The position numbers were made by a program, and so were the translations under genes. From NCBI GenBank assembly GCA_030141605.1, contig JAQGDQ010000158.1, positions 186,001-250,000 of the forward strand: 64,000 bases of DNA, read 5' to 3'. Positions within the stretch are counted from its first letter, which is position 1. Each line of letters starts with the position of its first letter. Positions 50,917 through 64,000 of this stretch are shown in pieces. The notes below the pieces were generated by a model. That model was not told the DNA's origin and made no database searches. It worked only from the letters and a program-made list of their open reading frames with translations. Source of the stretch: Tubiluchus corallicola (taxonomy: Eukaryota; Animalia; Priapulida).

Positions 50917-53008
50917 CAAATCTTAGCCGTAGGCTTCAATGAAAGTAGTAACCACTTATTGTCTGTTCAAATACGTGTATTGAATTTGCAGTAATTCAGC
51001 TACTGGTTTAAACTATTTGTTAGCACTAATAAAAGATTTTTTAAAAGTTTTATTAAAATTTGATAGAGAACCAAAAGTGTTTAGTCCATGTTCAAAGAAT
51101 TGCTAGGAAATAAGAAATAAGTCTTTCTGTGTATATATATATATATATAATGAATATGTGTACTTTAATCTTAGCAGCTTGCAGACGCACAGATGCACAT
51201 ATATATATATATATATCATACCAGTACGAAGTCTTTAGTGCATGTTTAATTGAATGTGCTGCAGAATTCTACTATCCATTATTGTCCAGTTAGTAAATGT
51301 CCTTCCAAGAGCTTGTAAATGGCTTCATTTGAAGAAATAATTATTTTGTAAAAACTGTTTGCAGTATTGGTCTTGATTTTCAGCAAGAAATTTACATTTA
51401 GAAATGGTTAGTTTGATGAAAGGACTAGAAGATGGTTTTATGAATGACTGTGTGGTATGTTTTCTCTGCTTAAAGTTAAACACTTGTGTTATAATTTCTT
51501 ATGCTCTGCCAATAAAAGTGCTCTTACAATAATTATAAAAAGCAAAAATTCTAATTTTGCCAAGTTAATGCGTGTATACCCTCTTAGAAAAGTTTATCTG
51601 AACGTAGTATGAAATATCCTGTTCAGTAGGCTTGTGAATTACTGGTAAAAGCCAATGTTTCAGATGAACTTTTCATACCATGTCATGGCCATTGCCTGCA
51701 AGAATTACTAATCTACATAAGCAGTAGGTGGCATTGATAAGTTCCTACAACTTTTTTTGCTTTGATGCATTAGGCAGGATATGTGTCAAATACCCACGAT
51801 TCGTTGTTTTTTTGGAGCGAACAGGTGTCTGGGTGGTAGGAACAGGATTTTTTATCAGTACCAGTTGACCCGAACAGTCAAATCGTGCTGCAGGACATCT
51901 TAGTGAAAACGAGTTTTCTGCTAATCAATTTCATTGCTTTTTCCTAATTTATTCGTTAGACCTGGAAGTATTACTTTGAGCACCAAGCAAATAGTGTTTT
52001 GTGGTTAGTGCTTGGTTTTAATGCAGCAGTATTATTGTACATAGGCCAGGTGTTAACTGCATGTGTGCGTGTGCATTTGACTATCTCAGAAAGTTTTTCA
52101 AGTCAACCAGACTTCATACATGCTTTCACACAGCAACCTCTAAATGTTAACAACCCATTCATTAGCAGGGACGTGTTACTAGAGTGCACTTGATTTTGAT
52201 TTTGACGACGTATGGTGTAGTCTGGTCTTATGCTAGGTGCTAGAGCTAGACATTTTGCATCTCCAAGCTGCTAAGATTAAAGTACATGTATTCATGTTTG
52301 GCACTGATTGGTAGTACTGATTTGTAAAGGACTAAGGGTGATTGCAATATATTTTCCATGTTGAATGTTCCATGGGAAATTTTGAATGTTGCATATCTTC
52401 CAAGTGAGAGGTGTAGGCGAGTGGTCATGGTGGAATTTAGTGAACAAAATTAAACAACACTGTCCCTGATCAACAAATGGATAGGTAATTGCTACCTGCA
52501 ATAATAAGTGCTTTTGCATGGTTTAATTTGCCATACTTCCCTTGACATTACCGCTATGAGATAGATGTTATATGCATCTGACTGTGGCATCTTTGCCAGT
52601 TCAGTCAGAGATAGGTTCTGGTCCTGGTGCAAAAATACAAATATAGTAAGTCCACTAACCTAGCTTGCTGAATGCCAAGTTGTGTAAAAAATAATAATAA
52701 CAAGCATATCGAGCAAGAGCATTGATCAATGTCAACATCATGAAATGTAAAACATTGACAGTAAATTTATGTCATAGGCAGGATCACCTGACTTTGACAT
52801 TAACCTTGAACTTTGGCAAAAGCCCTAAGCAGGAGCATCATAACCATTGAATTTTTTTATTGACAAACACAAGTTTATTTTGCATTTGATATTATTAATA
52901 AAAAAAATTATTGACATGCATTGCTGTCACTGAATAACATTAATAAACTTAATATTGACACTGAATTTCAATTTCAATTTGTTTTTGTATGTCTGTATAA
53001 TATTCATA

Positions 53009-55549
53009 TTATTGATAGGGCATATGAAGGTGATTCTCCAGGTACTTCATCATTGAGAACGTTCTCACTCTTCTAGTGCCTGAAAATCACAGAAACTGTA
53101 TTAGATTTTATGATGCACCAGCTAATTAATTACTGAAGTTGACCTCGAAGCGAGACCCGAAGGCTGTGACGTACAGACAAAAACGTCTACTGAAAATCAA
53201 ATTTCAAGTATGTGTTTGGGCAGACATGCCTTATTTCCTCTGCCAGACTGGAATAACTTTGAACCTGTATCATGCGAGGCAAGTACTCTCCCAATCTCAA
53301 CTAAGCCACTAACTGTAGGAAAAAATTTGCAACCTGTGTTGTTTGGCCATCACTATAGCTAATTAATTCTAACTAGAGTTGAATTACTCTGAAACGCGTC
53401 CATTTCTGACGTGGCAGACAACTGTATTTGAACAACCAGAGTTGATCGTGTACCAGCGTCTTGAACCATACTTACCAAATACTGTCATTAATTGATCATC
53501 ATTTATATGATATCTTCGATCACTTGGATCACGTAGATTTCTCTTCTTCACTATTTGCCAGATTTTCCTCACAACATCTGATCTACGCGCCTGAAAAAAT
53601 TTGTTTTTTATTTACATATAATTTCCACTAATTTTGTATACGTGCAGTGATAATCTAGTAGACGCCACGTAAGGATGATCGCGATAATGTTTTGGAAGCG
53701 AAAGGATATAGCAATGTATCTGCTCGTCACTGGTTACTCTGTGTACATATTCATAAAAAAGTTGGGCAGTACTGGGTCTGGTTAGTAACAGGATTGGTAA
53801 CCATAAGGATATCGCCTTTAGGCTCTGGGCAATGTAGAAGTGACAACCAAAATTTGTTACAACATCACAGTTACATAATACTTACAATATTATATACCAT
53901 ATACAGAAATAAATGATCCTACTATGCATAACACACGAATTTGTCTAACTATAATTTCTATATAACAACTTCTAATGTCAGAGGTGAAAGCCACTTCACT
54001 TTCATATACATAGCTTTAATTAGTGGATTTGAACTATGAATTATTCTCATGTACAAACTGTAAGCCATTTTCCTATACAACATTAAGTATGCAACATTAT
54101 GATTTACTGAAATAGTTCTAGCACTGGCATTCATATTATGAATAATTGAATAGTTTCCGTTTAGAGACGTTATGAGCTACTTTAAGTTTAATTATACTGT
54201 ACCGAGAGAGGAGAGAGAGAAAGAGGGGGGGAAGAGAAAGAGAGAGAGGGGTTGAGAGAGACAGACAGGGGAGAGGGGGTGAGAGAGAGACAGAGAGAGA
54301 GAGGAGGTGAGAGAGAGAGAGAGAGAAATACAGGACGTGTCGTTAAGACCACCAGTCTGTGGTCAATAATATTACTAAATACTAAAAGTGAGCAATAAAC
54401 TGTAAAATTTTACCTTATTTGTTCCCATTATTTCTGCTAGTTCAAGTGACAAGCCACATACTGGATTGAAGTAAGGACGAGCTGCAACCAGAAAGATAGT
54501 TTAATCTATGTATTATCAAAACTGTCATAAAAAAAGATGGGTTTTCAAAGTCAAGTAGATATTATACTTACGGCTACTTCAGGTCCGGCTCTAGGTGGTC
54601 TGACGCCCTAGGCAAAAGCATTTTTGGCGCCCCTTCCTCAACGGTCAACCCCTTCCACCATGCTCCAAAATTGAATTTCTCTTGTATAACATTATAATAA
54701 AGTTTAATTGTACCTGCGTGTTAGGCTTATGCATGTATTATAATGTACTGATTTAGTGTAGGTAATGATCTACAGCTTGTGCTGGTTGAGTTTGAAATTG
54801 AATTTATAATGACTGCTTGAATTTGAAATGGGATTCATGACCGACTCGCCAGCCCTTTTACCTTTCGTTTCCTGCATTCCGCCCTGCAGACATCGATTCT
54901 TGTATGTTTATCTGCCACAGTTCGATAATGCTATTGTAATTTTTTTTATCGGAAGTGTCATTCTGTAAGCGCTTATATAGAAGCAACGGGCATTAATGTC
55001 AGCGTCAAACGACGCAATCTTAGGAAACCAGATAAAGCAAAACCATTAGGGAAGACACTTGCTGGCATCAGTGATTATACATTTCGGCAGGAAAATAACG
55101 CAATTTGTTGGTACTTATGCGAAATTTAAAAATTAAAGTATAATTTCTCTCTGAATTTGGCGCCCAAAGGCAGCTGCCTAGTAGTGGAACCAGCCCTGGC
55201 TACTTTTGATAATTTACACTAAATGCGATTTGAAATATGGAAGATATTAAGATAGCCCGTTGAAAAAATGTTTCATTTTTAGTTTCGAGAATGTATTAAA
55301 CATATCATTTTGTAGAAGTACAGATCTAGAATTTCTGAAACGGAAGAAGCCAAGTGTTTCCGGAGCGTGAAACCTTACACAGAATGATTCTTAATGAAAA
55401 ATATCACGTCAGTAAAAATGCGAGTATTTTGAAACTACATACTGTAACTATGTAGTGCAGAAAGTGGTAATAATGAAACGAGCGGCAGATTGAAAGAAGG
55501 AAAAAAGTTTACCTGGTCGTCGACGTCGCTGTTGTCGCCTCTTTACCAT
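53009..55549 (-). CDS. Stand-alone SWIB-domain protein, 96 aa, with Arg-rich N-terminus
   Basis: Exons 55513-55549, 54414-54481, 53476-53590, 53009-53079 (291 nt, phases 1,0,1): MVKRRQQRRRRPARPYFNPVCGLSLELAEIMGTNKARRSDVVRKIWQIVKKRNLRDPSDRRYHINDDQLMTVFGTRRVRTFSMMKYLENHLHMPYQ*. It matches the SWIB consensus LS.ELA.I.G....R..VV..IW.Y.K...L.DP..R..I..D..L..VF......F.M.K.L..HL. Exon 1 is the least certain part. Confidence 0.82.
54204..54326. repeat. Interrupted (GA)n tract
   Basis: Read directly. Confidence 0.9.
54580..55198. mobile_element. hAT-type MITE in intron 1 of the short SWIB gene
   Basis: CAGGTCCGGCTC ... GAACCAGCCCTG TIRs; flanking repeat (G)GCTACTT on both sides. Confidence 0.75.
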
Positions 55550-55829
55550 GACTTGTTTTAACTTTCTGCTCAGCGCGTACTAGTATTAAGAAATACTGCA
55601 GAAATTCAGTGCGACGAGTTCTTAGCAAGCGAAGCAATAATCTGTTATGGCTAGTTACTGAACTACACACACAATACGTGACGTAATGAGTTGAGCATCG
55701 TGTTGCCAGGACTTCATTACTTTTTTATTTATTCCGTCAACAGTGTGAAGCCGTGACGTTTTGTAATTAATCAAGACACCATTAAATGTAACAAAGTATT
55801 CTTCAAATTTGATACATAGATAGACCGAA

Positions 55830-56185
<356 letters not shown>

Positions 56186-57464
56186 AGAGCGCAATGCGAA
56201 CATTTGTTGCATTTTTTATTAAGTTATTTCAGTTTCAACTGGTGGTTAGAACTCTGGAGGGTTTCTCTGGAGGGAGAGATATGTCTCACAAAATGTAACA
56301 GCATTAATGTTAAAATAATATTGTCCGTTTCATCTCTTTCAGCACAATTAATTAGCACATGCAAAAAATAATTGTTATAAAATGGTGGCAATTGAGAAAA
56401 AAGAAATGCAGGAGACACCCCACCATCCCCACCAATGAAACGGCAATCATCAACATCATCTAACATTTTATTCCCTTCCTGTTCAATGCTGTTATCAGAA
56501 AATTGTTCACTTAACCAATCATTGACCATAATTATTGTACATAATAATACATGTAGTAGCCTAAACGTGAAAGTCAACTTTGTATAACAATTAACAATCT
56601 CCACGTACTTAGCAGTTTTGGAACAAAGTTCAGATCTGTTCAGCATCACCTGACCTAGGACCAAGTCCAACTGATATGCAATGGGCGACAAAGACTTGTA
56701 ATGCCTTCTAATCATGGTCTTCTGCGCTTTACGTATGAAGCTCAAAACACCAAAAATGTTTTTAATAAAATAAGTTTGCATTAAGTATGTAGGACATAGG
56801 TGCCATTTTTTCCCATTTTCACTTAAGATTCACGTAGGAAAACACATTAGTGCTGGACTTGTCCCAGTGGCGATATTATTTGATTGAATATTAACCACTA
56901 AATGGTTAAAACTAACTTTTATGTGACATATGCAATGTGTGCTGTCATCAAAGAATTATTGTTATCAAGGAAACAAAAAAAAATATTGTGTGTTTGAATT
57001 TATGTTTAAAATTAAATTTTAATAATCAGGTCAAACTGTATGAATCCAGCGACCTGGACAATAATGTGCCAAATTTGACGCATAGAGCCGATGACCAATA
57101 ATGTGACCGAGTTTCGGTAAATGACAAATTTACACAAAAATAGTAATTATACTACATATGTACAAACTTTAATTATTATACATTAATAAATGTAAACTAG
57201 TAAACAATAAGCATACATTCAACGAATATAATTTCGGGAGCAGCTCAGACAATGCAAACGGCACAGCTTGATGATTGTTAACCATCACAAAGTTCTTACG
57301 AGATCAACACCCTCACCTCTAAAACAAAATGTACAAAACTAGCGGTACAGCACTCGCACTGACTGTCTCAATGATACAGCGATGTATAAAGGTAAAATTT
57401 ATCAATTAATTCTAAGTATACATAACTTAAGATGTGAGATACGTGTATAGTTAATTTGTTATAA

Positions 57465-57716
57465 TGGTTGCTGCAAAAAGTGCAACAAGATGATGGTTGC
57501 TGCACCAGGGTGCAACAAGATGATAGTTGCTGCACCACTTCAACAAGAAACAGTTGCTGCAGCAGGTGCAACAAGATGATGGTTGCTGCACTACTTCAAG
57601 AACAAACAGTTGCTGCAGCAGGTGCAACAAGATGATGGTTGCTGCACCACTTCAACAAAATACAGTTGCTGCAGCAGGGTGCAACAAGATGATGGCTGCT
57701 GCATGAAGTGCAACAA
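57465..57716. repeat. Minisatellite of GTGCAACAAGATGATGGTTGCTGCAC-containing units
   Basis: About 30-bp unit alternating with a TTCAACAAGAAACAGTTGCTGCAGCAG variant, giving a roughly 56-bp higher-order repeat. Confidence 0.9.
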
Positions 57717-58141
57717 ACTGCAAATATTAACTACAGAATAAAAATCCCCTTTGTAAAGAAGTACTTTGTGCAAACTTTATCCCAGTGCCTGTAACAAGCA
57801 GTCAAACCTACAAGTAACTGTTTCTACATTACAAAAAGTCATTGTTTATTCTTTTTTTACAAACAAAATGTTTTCAATCAATATCCTTGGATTCTAGATC
57901 AGGATATCTTGATCCACACAAGAATAACTTAATGCTTAAAACTGACTTTTCTACAAAAGAAAATAAGAGAAACACAATAGATACATGATTTGCAACGGTC
58001 AGGTTGCATTTCAAATGGTACAGTGCGTAGCAAGTTTGCATACAACATCTGAGAGTATCTTCAACATGTTTCACAAATGTGGCTTAATCTCGTCATTGAA
58101 AGTATCGATTGACAACACACTCGCTTCGGTTCCAAAGGCAC

Positions 58142-61100
58142 TCAGTCATCTTTGATGTCTATAATATGAGGCTTCAGATATTTCATCATAGCGAAAGTTT
58201 GAACCCTTCGTGTACCTACAAAGACAAATGGAAAATTCATCTTACTTCTATTTTTTTGGACGGATGCCATTTCATAGTTGAAGACTGTAGCATACCTAGA
58301 GTAGTGCAAAAGCATTCAGCATTGTCCCATAGCCAAGAGTCTTTTAACAAGGCATTTTAATTTAAGTATGAGCTAATATGACAGGAAATTGCAGGCATTC
58401 TGTAGAAAACCACAAAGAAGCCTAGCAAAAATGTGACAAAACTGAGGTAGTAATGGTTTCATAATGGCTGCTATGGCTTCACTCTGAATAGTGTTTTACT
58501 AGAACATGAAAATGTAGGTCTCAACACTCCACTTTCTTGGGCTATAGCAAGCGTGTATTGGTCATTTGCATTTTCGCAACCTAGATGGCAGCATGGAAGC
58601 AAATTGTAGGTTTAAAATATGCAAAAGGCATGCTTAAATATCTGTGAAATTTAACTTAATGTACAAAGATTCACATAAATAAGAAAAATTCGAAAAATCA
58701 TTTTAAGCAGCTCTGTCTAAGAATGTCAATTCAACAATAAATGCGTCACATTTGGCAATGCCTTCATTATATTAGTTTTTTCGTATCAGTTGAACTTTTC
58801 TGTCACTGTATGATTAACTTTTGCAAAGATAAATGGAAAAACTCTGTGTTGCAAGACCAGGGAATCATTTAATCTAATTTCTTCATTCAGATAACAAGCG
58901 TTATACAGTGCAAGGTCAGGGACGGCTGTACCTCTAGACAAACTAGGGTGCCAAATTTTGGGGAGGTGCCAAATCCCGGAAGTAATTCCTTAATTTTTAA
59001 GTTTAGTATAAGTAATAAGATAGTGAATGGAGTGTTACACTATGTTCTTGTCCACACTAGTTAAACGGATGTTTTTGGAAAAGAAGAGTCAGACTCAGTG
59101 AGTGGTTCAAAAATTTTCTGATTTAATACTGAGGGAAAATCTAGCCACGAGGACACGAACACTGCACAGCAGAAATTGTAGATATTTTGCTCCTGAAGAC
59201 CCAGGACATAAAATGAGGTCAATTTCAAATGTAGCTGTAGACAGGTAATTAACTTTGTTTAATTAGTACACTACAATACATGTATAGGCCCAACACACAA
59301 GTACCATTATACATTAATATACACAACAAAAATTCAATTTTGTAGTAGGTGCAGAAGGTCTGTGGTAAAGGGGTTCAGCAGTGAGGAGGCGGCATTAAAA
59401 TACTTTTGCCTAGGGTATCAAACTACCTAAAGTCACCCTGCACAAGGTTCATTTTATGTGATTATCATTGATTCTTTTTGTGTTCAAAAACTCCTACTAG
59501 AAAACACATTCTTCTATAAAACTTTCACAAATTACAATACCTGAACAAAAACAAATTCAACCTTTCTTAAAGAACGCAATGAAACCTTTATAAACAGGTA
59601 TCAATTTCGGAATTCATAAATTTACTGATGAAAAATCGTCATCCAAGTAAATGAAGCCACTCAAATGATTATACACACCAAACACTTTCAGTAGCTGATC
59701 ATCACAGATATGATAGCGTTTATTCTTAGGATCAGCCAAATTCCTCTCCTTCACGATGGCCCACATTTTCTTCACAACCTCTGATCGTGCCATCTGAAAC
59801 AAGTGTGCCATCAATTACATCTGCATTGCATAACCTCATACGACGGTTTTGTTAATATAACAGAACCCTAACTAACTGTGATTTATAAAGTCCCGTCCAA
59901 AATGAATGCTACAAAAACACACTAACTGTTGGTGTCACGCAATTTAATCTAGCATTCTAAAATTATTTGTTTTTTTCGTATTTTTACAAACATGCATTTC
60001 CTGAAAGTGTTTAAAACGAAGCCAGCCTTAGTCATGTGACCTAAACTTTAGTAGTATACGCCACCTATCAATCACACTTGTTTTTACACATAGTTAGATT
60101 TTCTGTTGCCAGTATGTTGATCATGCTGTTTGGTGATACTTGCATTGCTTTGTCTATTTTGTTACAATTTAACAGTCACTAGTTGTATTTTCAAGCCAAA
60201 GTTGTCACCAGTAAATGTAAATCACCATCTACTTTAATAATTAGTTAATAGTTTAAATTGGTTAGAATTGTTTCAAATCTCTAGAATCATAAAGTAATAA
60301 TTTGTGTTTCAGTCTTCTTAAATCTAATTTTTTAGTAATAACCTTTAGCATGTTCTTAAGCACTTTTTGTGATCTGTTATTTTAATAAATTGCAGGTCTA
60401 TCGCGCAGTTCAATACTGATTTTTGCGGTTTCTTTGCCTGGACAGGACGCATCCACACTAACTATTTAAAAAAAATTACATCTGTACATTCCATTACATT
60501 TCATTCCATTACATAAACTGTTTATTAAACTTTATATTCAAAGAAACAGTACTTGAAGATATATGTCACCTCTAATTTTATTTTGTTGAGATCTAGGTAT
60601 CTCTATCTGGTTTTATTCCTTGAAATTTGACATGTAAGATTAGCTGTGTGACCTATCGTCACTAAAACAACTGACAGAAGGGCAGAATGAAACTTGTATC
60701 ATGATCAAGTAACTCTCGTTACTTCAACAAATTCAACTAGGAGTGTTCTGAACCGGTTATGGAGTTTGCAGACTAACTATTTCCAAAATGCACCCCTACT
60801 CAAAATTGTCTTACTATCGTAAGCATAGCAGTATGAACAAACACGTAACCAAATTGTGTTTACATATTTGGTAATTGCCAGATGTATTATGTTTGAAAGC
60901 AAGAAAGTGCTTATAGACACTAAAATACTTACTGTAGGTACCAACTTTAACAAGCAAGGGGGGCATGAGCATTGCTAAGCTCTACAAAATCTAAACATCA
61001 TTGATGACCCACTTCTATCATCACAGTTGAAGGTTTTTAAGATTTAGTTTTAATGTTTTAAGATTTTATGTTAATGTGAAAGACGTTTTTACTATTGCAA

Positions 61101-62254
61101 ATACATTACAGCTGAGGTATGATCTTGAAACAACTTATATAAATTACCCAAAAGTGATTACTTAACTCGTTACCGTTTGAGTTGCAAACCTCCTGACCAA
61201 CAGGAATCATACTACTATTGTGAAACCTAAGATCTCGGAACAAACTATTCAGGACTGACTACTACAAGTTTACCAGATATAATACTGGCAGAAAGTGAAA
61301 GAGTCAGAGGATCCAGAAGTCCAAGTCCAAGTCCAAATTTGCTGAGCTGATACAGGAAATGTAGATAGCAAACAGTGTTACTATTACACAATACGCGGAA
61401 TACAGTGATGCAATAAGCAGTTAATAAGTCTTTTCACAGTTCTAGCGATTGATGTTGATCGTGAAAAGGTCAATAGTATATCAGACAATGCATTTGTGTA
61501 CACTTGACAAGGCCTCAAAACCCATGCTATTGTAACACAAACAGTTTTAACAGCTAGCTAGAATCTTACCTAGTTATTTTTTCTTGTTCCCAAGCAACAT
61601 CCTGCTAGTAAATCAGTATATGCACAGACTAATGCATAATTAAGTAAAGTCCACGTAAAACAACTGAAGTTACTGAACAGACATGGCAGACGGCTTGTCT
61701 TATGCAAGCGTCACATGACGGTTGTAGTTAAGATGCGTTGCTGTGGTAACTTAGCATCTGACCTGCAGCAAATGCGCATGCGAAACTGTGATAAGGCTTA
61801 TTGTCATTGCAAACAAAGACATTATTTAAAACCTTAACTTCAGCAATGGTTTTGAAGAAAATCTACACTCTGCACTGTAAACTACTGTTTAATTTCATAC
61901 ACAAGGCATATTCGGCAGCTTCTAGTACGACTGTTGTTCTATGGTTTCTTAATAAGAAGTACAGTAACGAGAAGTATCCTTGAGTCCAGGTCCAAGTCCA
62001 AAGTTATAAGAAAAAACTGCTCAAGGGCACTAGAGACGAGTTGATAATTTGGGGCACTCGAGACGAGTTAATAATTTGAGTCTTTACCTTCTGAATATTG
62101 AAAATATTCCATACAAAAATTTTTTACAAAAGATTGGTCAACCACTCCCATTGTTTTCTACACTTAGCTCATTTCAGAATTCTCACCTTATCTGTTCCCA
62201 TTATGTCAGCAAGATCATCTGATAACTGGCAAGGTTTGCTGTATGTGCTTTTCC
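58142..62254 (-). CDS. SWIB-domain protein, 3' exons (UAF30/spp27/TRI1-like; 5' end probably outside window)
   Basis: Exons 62187-62254, 59679-59793, 58142-58215: xKSTYSKPCQLSDDLADIMGTDKMARSEVVKKMWAIVKERNLADPKNKRYHICDDQLLKVFGTRRVQTFAMMKYLKPHIIDIKDD*. No upstream exon recognised before 64000. Confidence 0.85.
58917..59440. mobile_element. hAT-type MITE in the last intron of the long SWIB gene
   Basis: CAGGGACGGC ... GTCACCCTG ends; imperfect 8-bp TSD TGCAAGGT / CACAAGGT. Confidence 0.65.
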
Positions 62255-63448
62255 CTGTTGAAAGAAAGACAAAATGTCATAGACAAAATCAGGTAATATA
62301 TTGGGACACTTTTTTACTGCAGAAATAGCTCAGTGGTACGTGCCTCTCAAAATCTTAATGAGTAACACTATGGCAGAGTTAGTGGCACGAGCAGGGACTA
62401 CCATGGAATAGACATAGAATGGAAAACTAATTTACTTGTAGCAAACCTGCAGTGACAGAAATGCCACACTAGAAACAGTTAAAGTTGCAACAATATAATA
62501 ATGTCTAAATGATAATCAATAAGCTACAATGATAGGCGATATACTAATATAGGGGAAAACAATAATTAATAATTAGCAATAAACAAACAACAACTAACAA
62601 CTAATGCACAAAAAATAAACACATTATAAGCGACGAAAAATTGGCAAGTCACAAAATAGGCAAAGAAATATTTAACATTTCTGCAACAAAGATTTTTGAC
62701 TAATTATATATATATATATATGCAAGATGTTATTAAGTAAAAAAAATAAACAAAACATTAACTTCAATAATGAATATCAAAATATGAAAAAGAAAATTTT
62801 AGGCAGAATAACTTCAATAAATACTTGTGGTAACACTGTCAAAATTTTTGGTGATGCTGACACACACACAACATCACTGCCAACACAAGCTACAAACATG
62901 GCAGGAAAAAGGTTTAGAAAATATCTTAAGTCAAAGAGGTTCACCAGGTGCATTTGGTCTTTTATTTCATGCTGTGTGCTTCATGACAGACAAAAAACGT
63001 TTCAAGGCTAAAATGAAAATTTTAGATTTTCTCTCCCTTCTGCAGTGAAACCCAAGTAAATGACACATTTCTAGAATCATAAAATCGAGAAATGATATAT
63101 ACTTTAGTTTAAATGCTCATGTTTAATTTATGAAAAATTAAAATGGACAAACAAAACCAAAGAAAGCATACAATTTTATGAACCAACATTTTGCTTATGA
63201 AATATTTAACTACAGTAAATATTGAGTTATAAATAAATTACCATTCTTGGTTAATTTTCCACTGCTTCATGAAACCATGACTCATACCAAGATTTTGCAG
63301 CCATTATAAGTATATACTCTTAATCTGAGTTAGAACGCATACGAATATGACTGAATTTTTTTTTACCAAAATCAGTTACAGATTGTTCACTAGTAAATAA
63401 TGTGCAAGTTTGGTCTGAGAAAACCGGTATGATTCACATGGTTTAGAT

Positions 63449-63927
63449 CAGAGGTGTGCAAATGATTTGACTAGCTGGGCCACATTAAACTTTCCCGCAA
63501 TTCCTGCGGGCCACAGGCAGTTTGATCAAGGTGCCAAGTACAGAAGGGCCTAATGACGATTTTTTTGCATCCGACCTGCGTACACCATTACTACTACACT
63601 CAAGAAACTATTTTAGAAGTTATTAAAATTTATATTACAAACCATATATTTCTACTTTCGGGACAGATAGTGGTAATTTCATTACAATGCATATTAGTAA
63701 TGTGTATCACACAGTCTGTGTAGTACAGTGACATTAAGCTACAACTGTCTTGTAAGGGTTAATGGCATCCGATCTAGTAGAAAAAACTACACGTACTATC
63801 TTTGGGATTGTGGCACGGACTTCAGCTGGATACACTCAATTAATCGCTCGGGCCGCATTTTCATTAGGTTGTCAAATCTCTTTGCGGGCACAAATTCTCT
63901 CGGCGGGCCGCAAGTTGCACACCCCTG
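63449..63927. mobile_element. hAT (Charlie-like) MITE with perfect 8-bp TSD
   Basis: GTTTAGAT|CAGAGGTGTGCAA ... TTGCACACCCCTG|GTTTAGAT; GCGGGCC subterminal motifs. Confidence 0.88.
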
Positions 63928-64000
63928 GTTTAGATAATCTTACGTACAGTATGGATGTTTTAATAGCTGTGATCGTAATAGTTTTAATAGCGCTGATAAT

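Noticed and set aside
22491-55549. Functional 'mitochondrial gene cluster' (CoA-transferase, EFHD, TIMM22, SWIB)
   Set aside because: Mixed orientations, no shared regulatory evidence, and localisation of the EFHD and SWIB products is unknown; adjacency is compatible with chance.
57874-57950. Acceptor plus short ORF as the last exon of the long SWIB gene
   Set aside because: No SWIB similarity; exon 58142-58215 supplies the conserved FAMMKYL end.

Overview
This is AT-rich, intron-containing DNA from an animal genome, most likely a non-vertebrate metazoan; there are no prokaryotic operons, rRNA genes or CRISPR arrays. I spliced seven protein-coding genes by hand using GT-AG boundaries and reading-frame continuity. 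(1) A PRDM12 orthologue (-; ATG 13241, ~9.7-kb first intron, PR/SET exons, first C2H2 finger running off the left edge). (2) A small secreted Gly/Tyr-rich protein with a TATA promoter (-). (3) A 9-exon, 473-aa family I CoA-transferase of the acetyl-CoA hydrolase / acetate:succinate CoA-transferase type (+), probably mitochondrial. (4) EFHD2/swiprosin-1 (-; 4 exons, 192 aa). (5) TIMM22 with an intronless CDS (+). (6,7) Two tandem SWIB-domain modules with matching exon sizes and phases (-): one is open at the right edge (probably UAF30/spp27-like), the other is a 96-aa stand-alone SWIB protein with its own Arg-rich first exon. The non-coding space is rich in non-autonomous DNA transposons, including hAT-type MITEs with TSDs, two hAT-in-Tc1/mariner nests, foldback-like elements and a two-copy MITE. 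It also holds a Ty3/gypsy RT relic, tRNA-derived fragments, an ~80-bp-arm palindrome and long GA/CT tracts next to two first exons. The most interesting items are the duplicated SWIB module and the unusual secreted Gly-rich protein. All homology calls come from recalled motifs, not from database searches.
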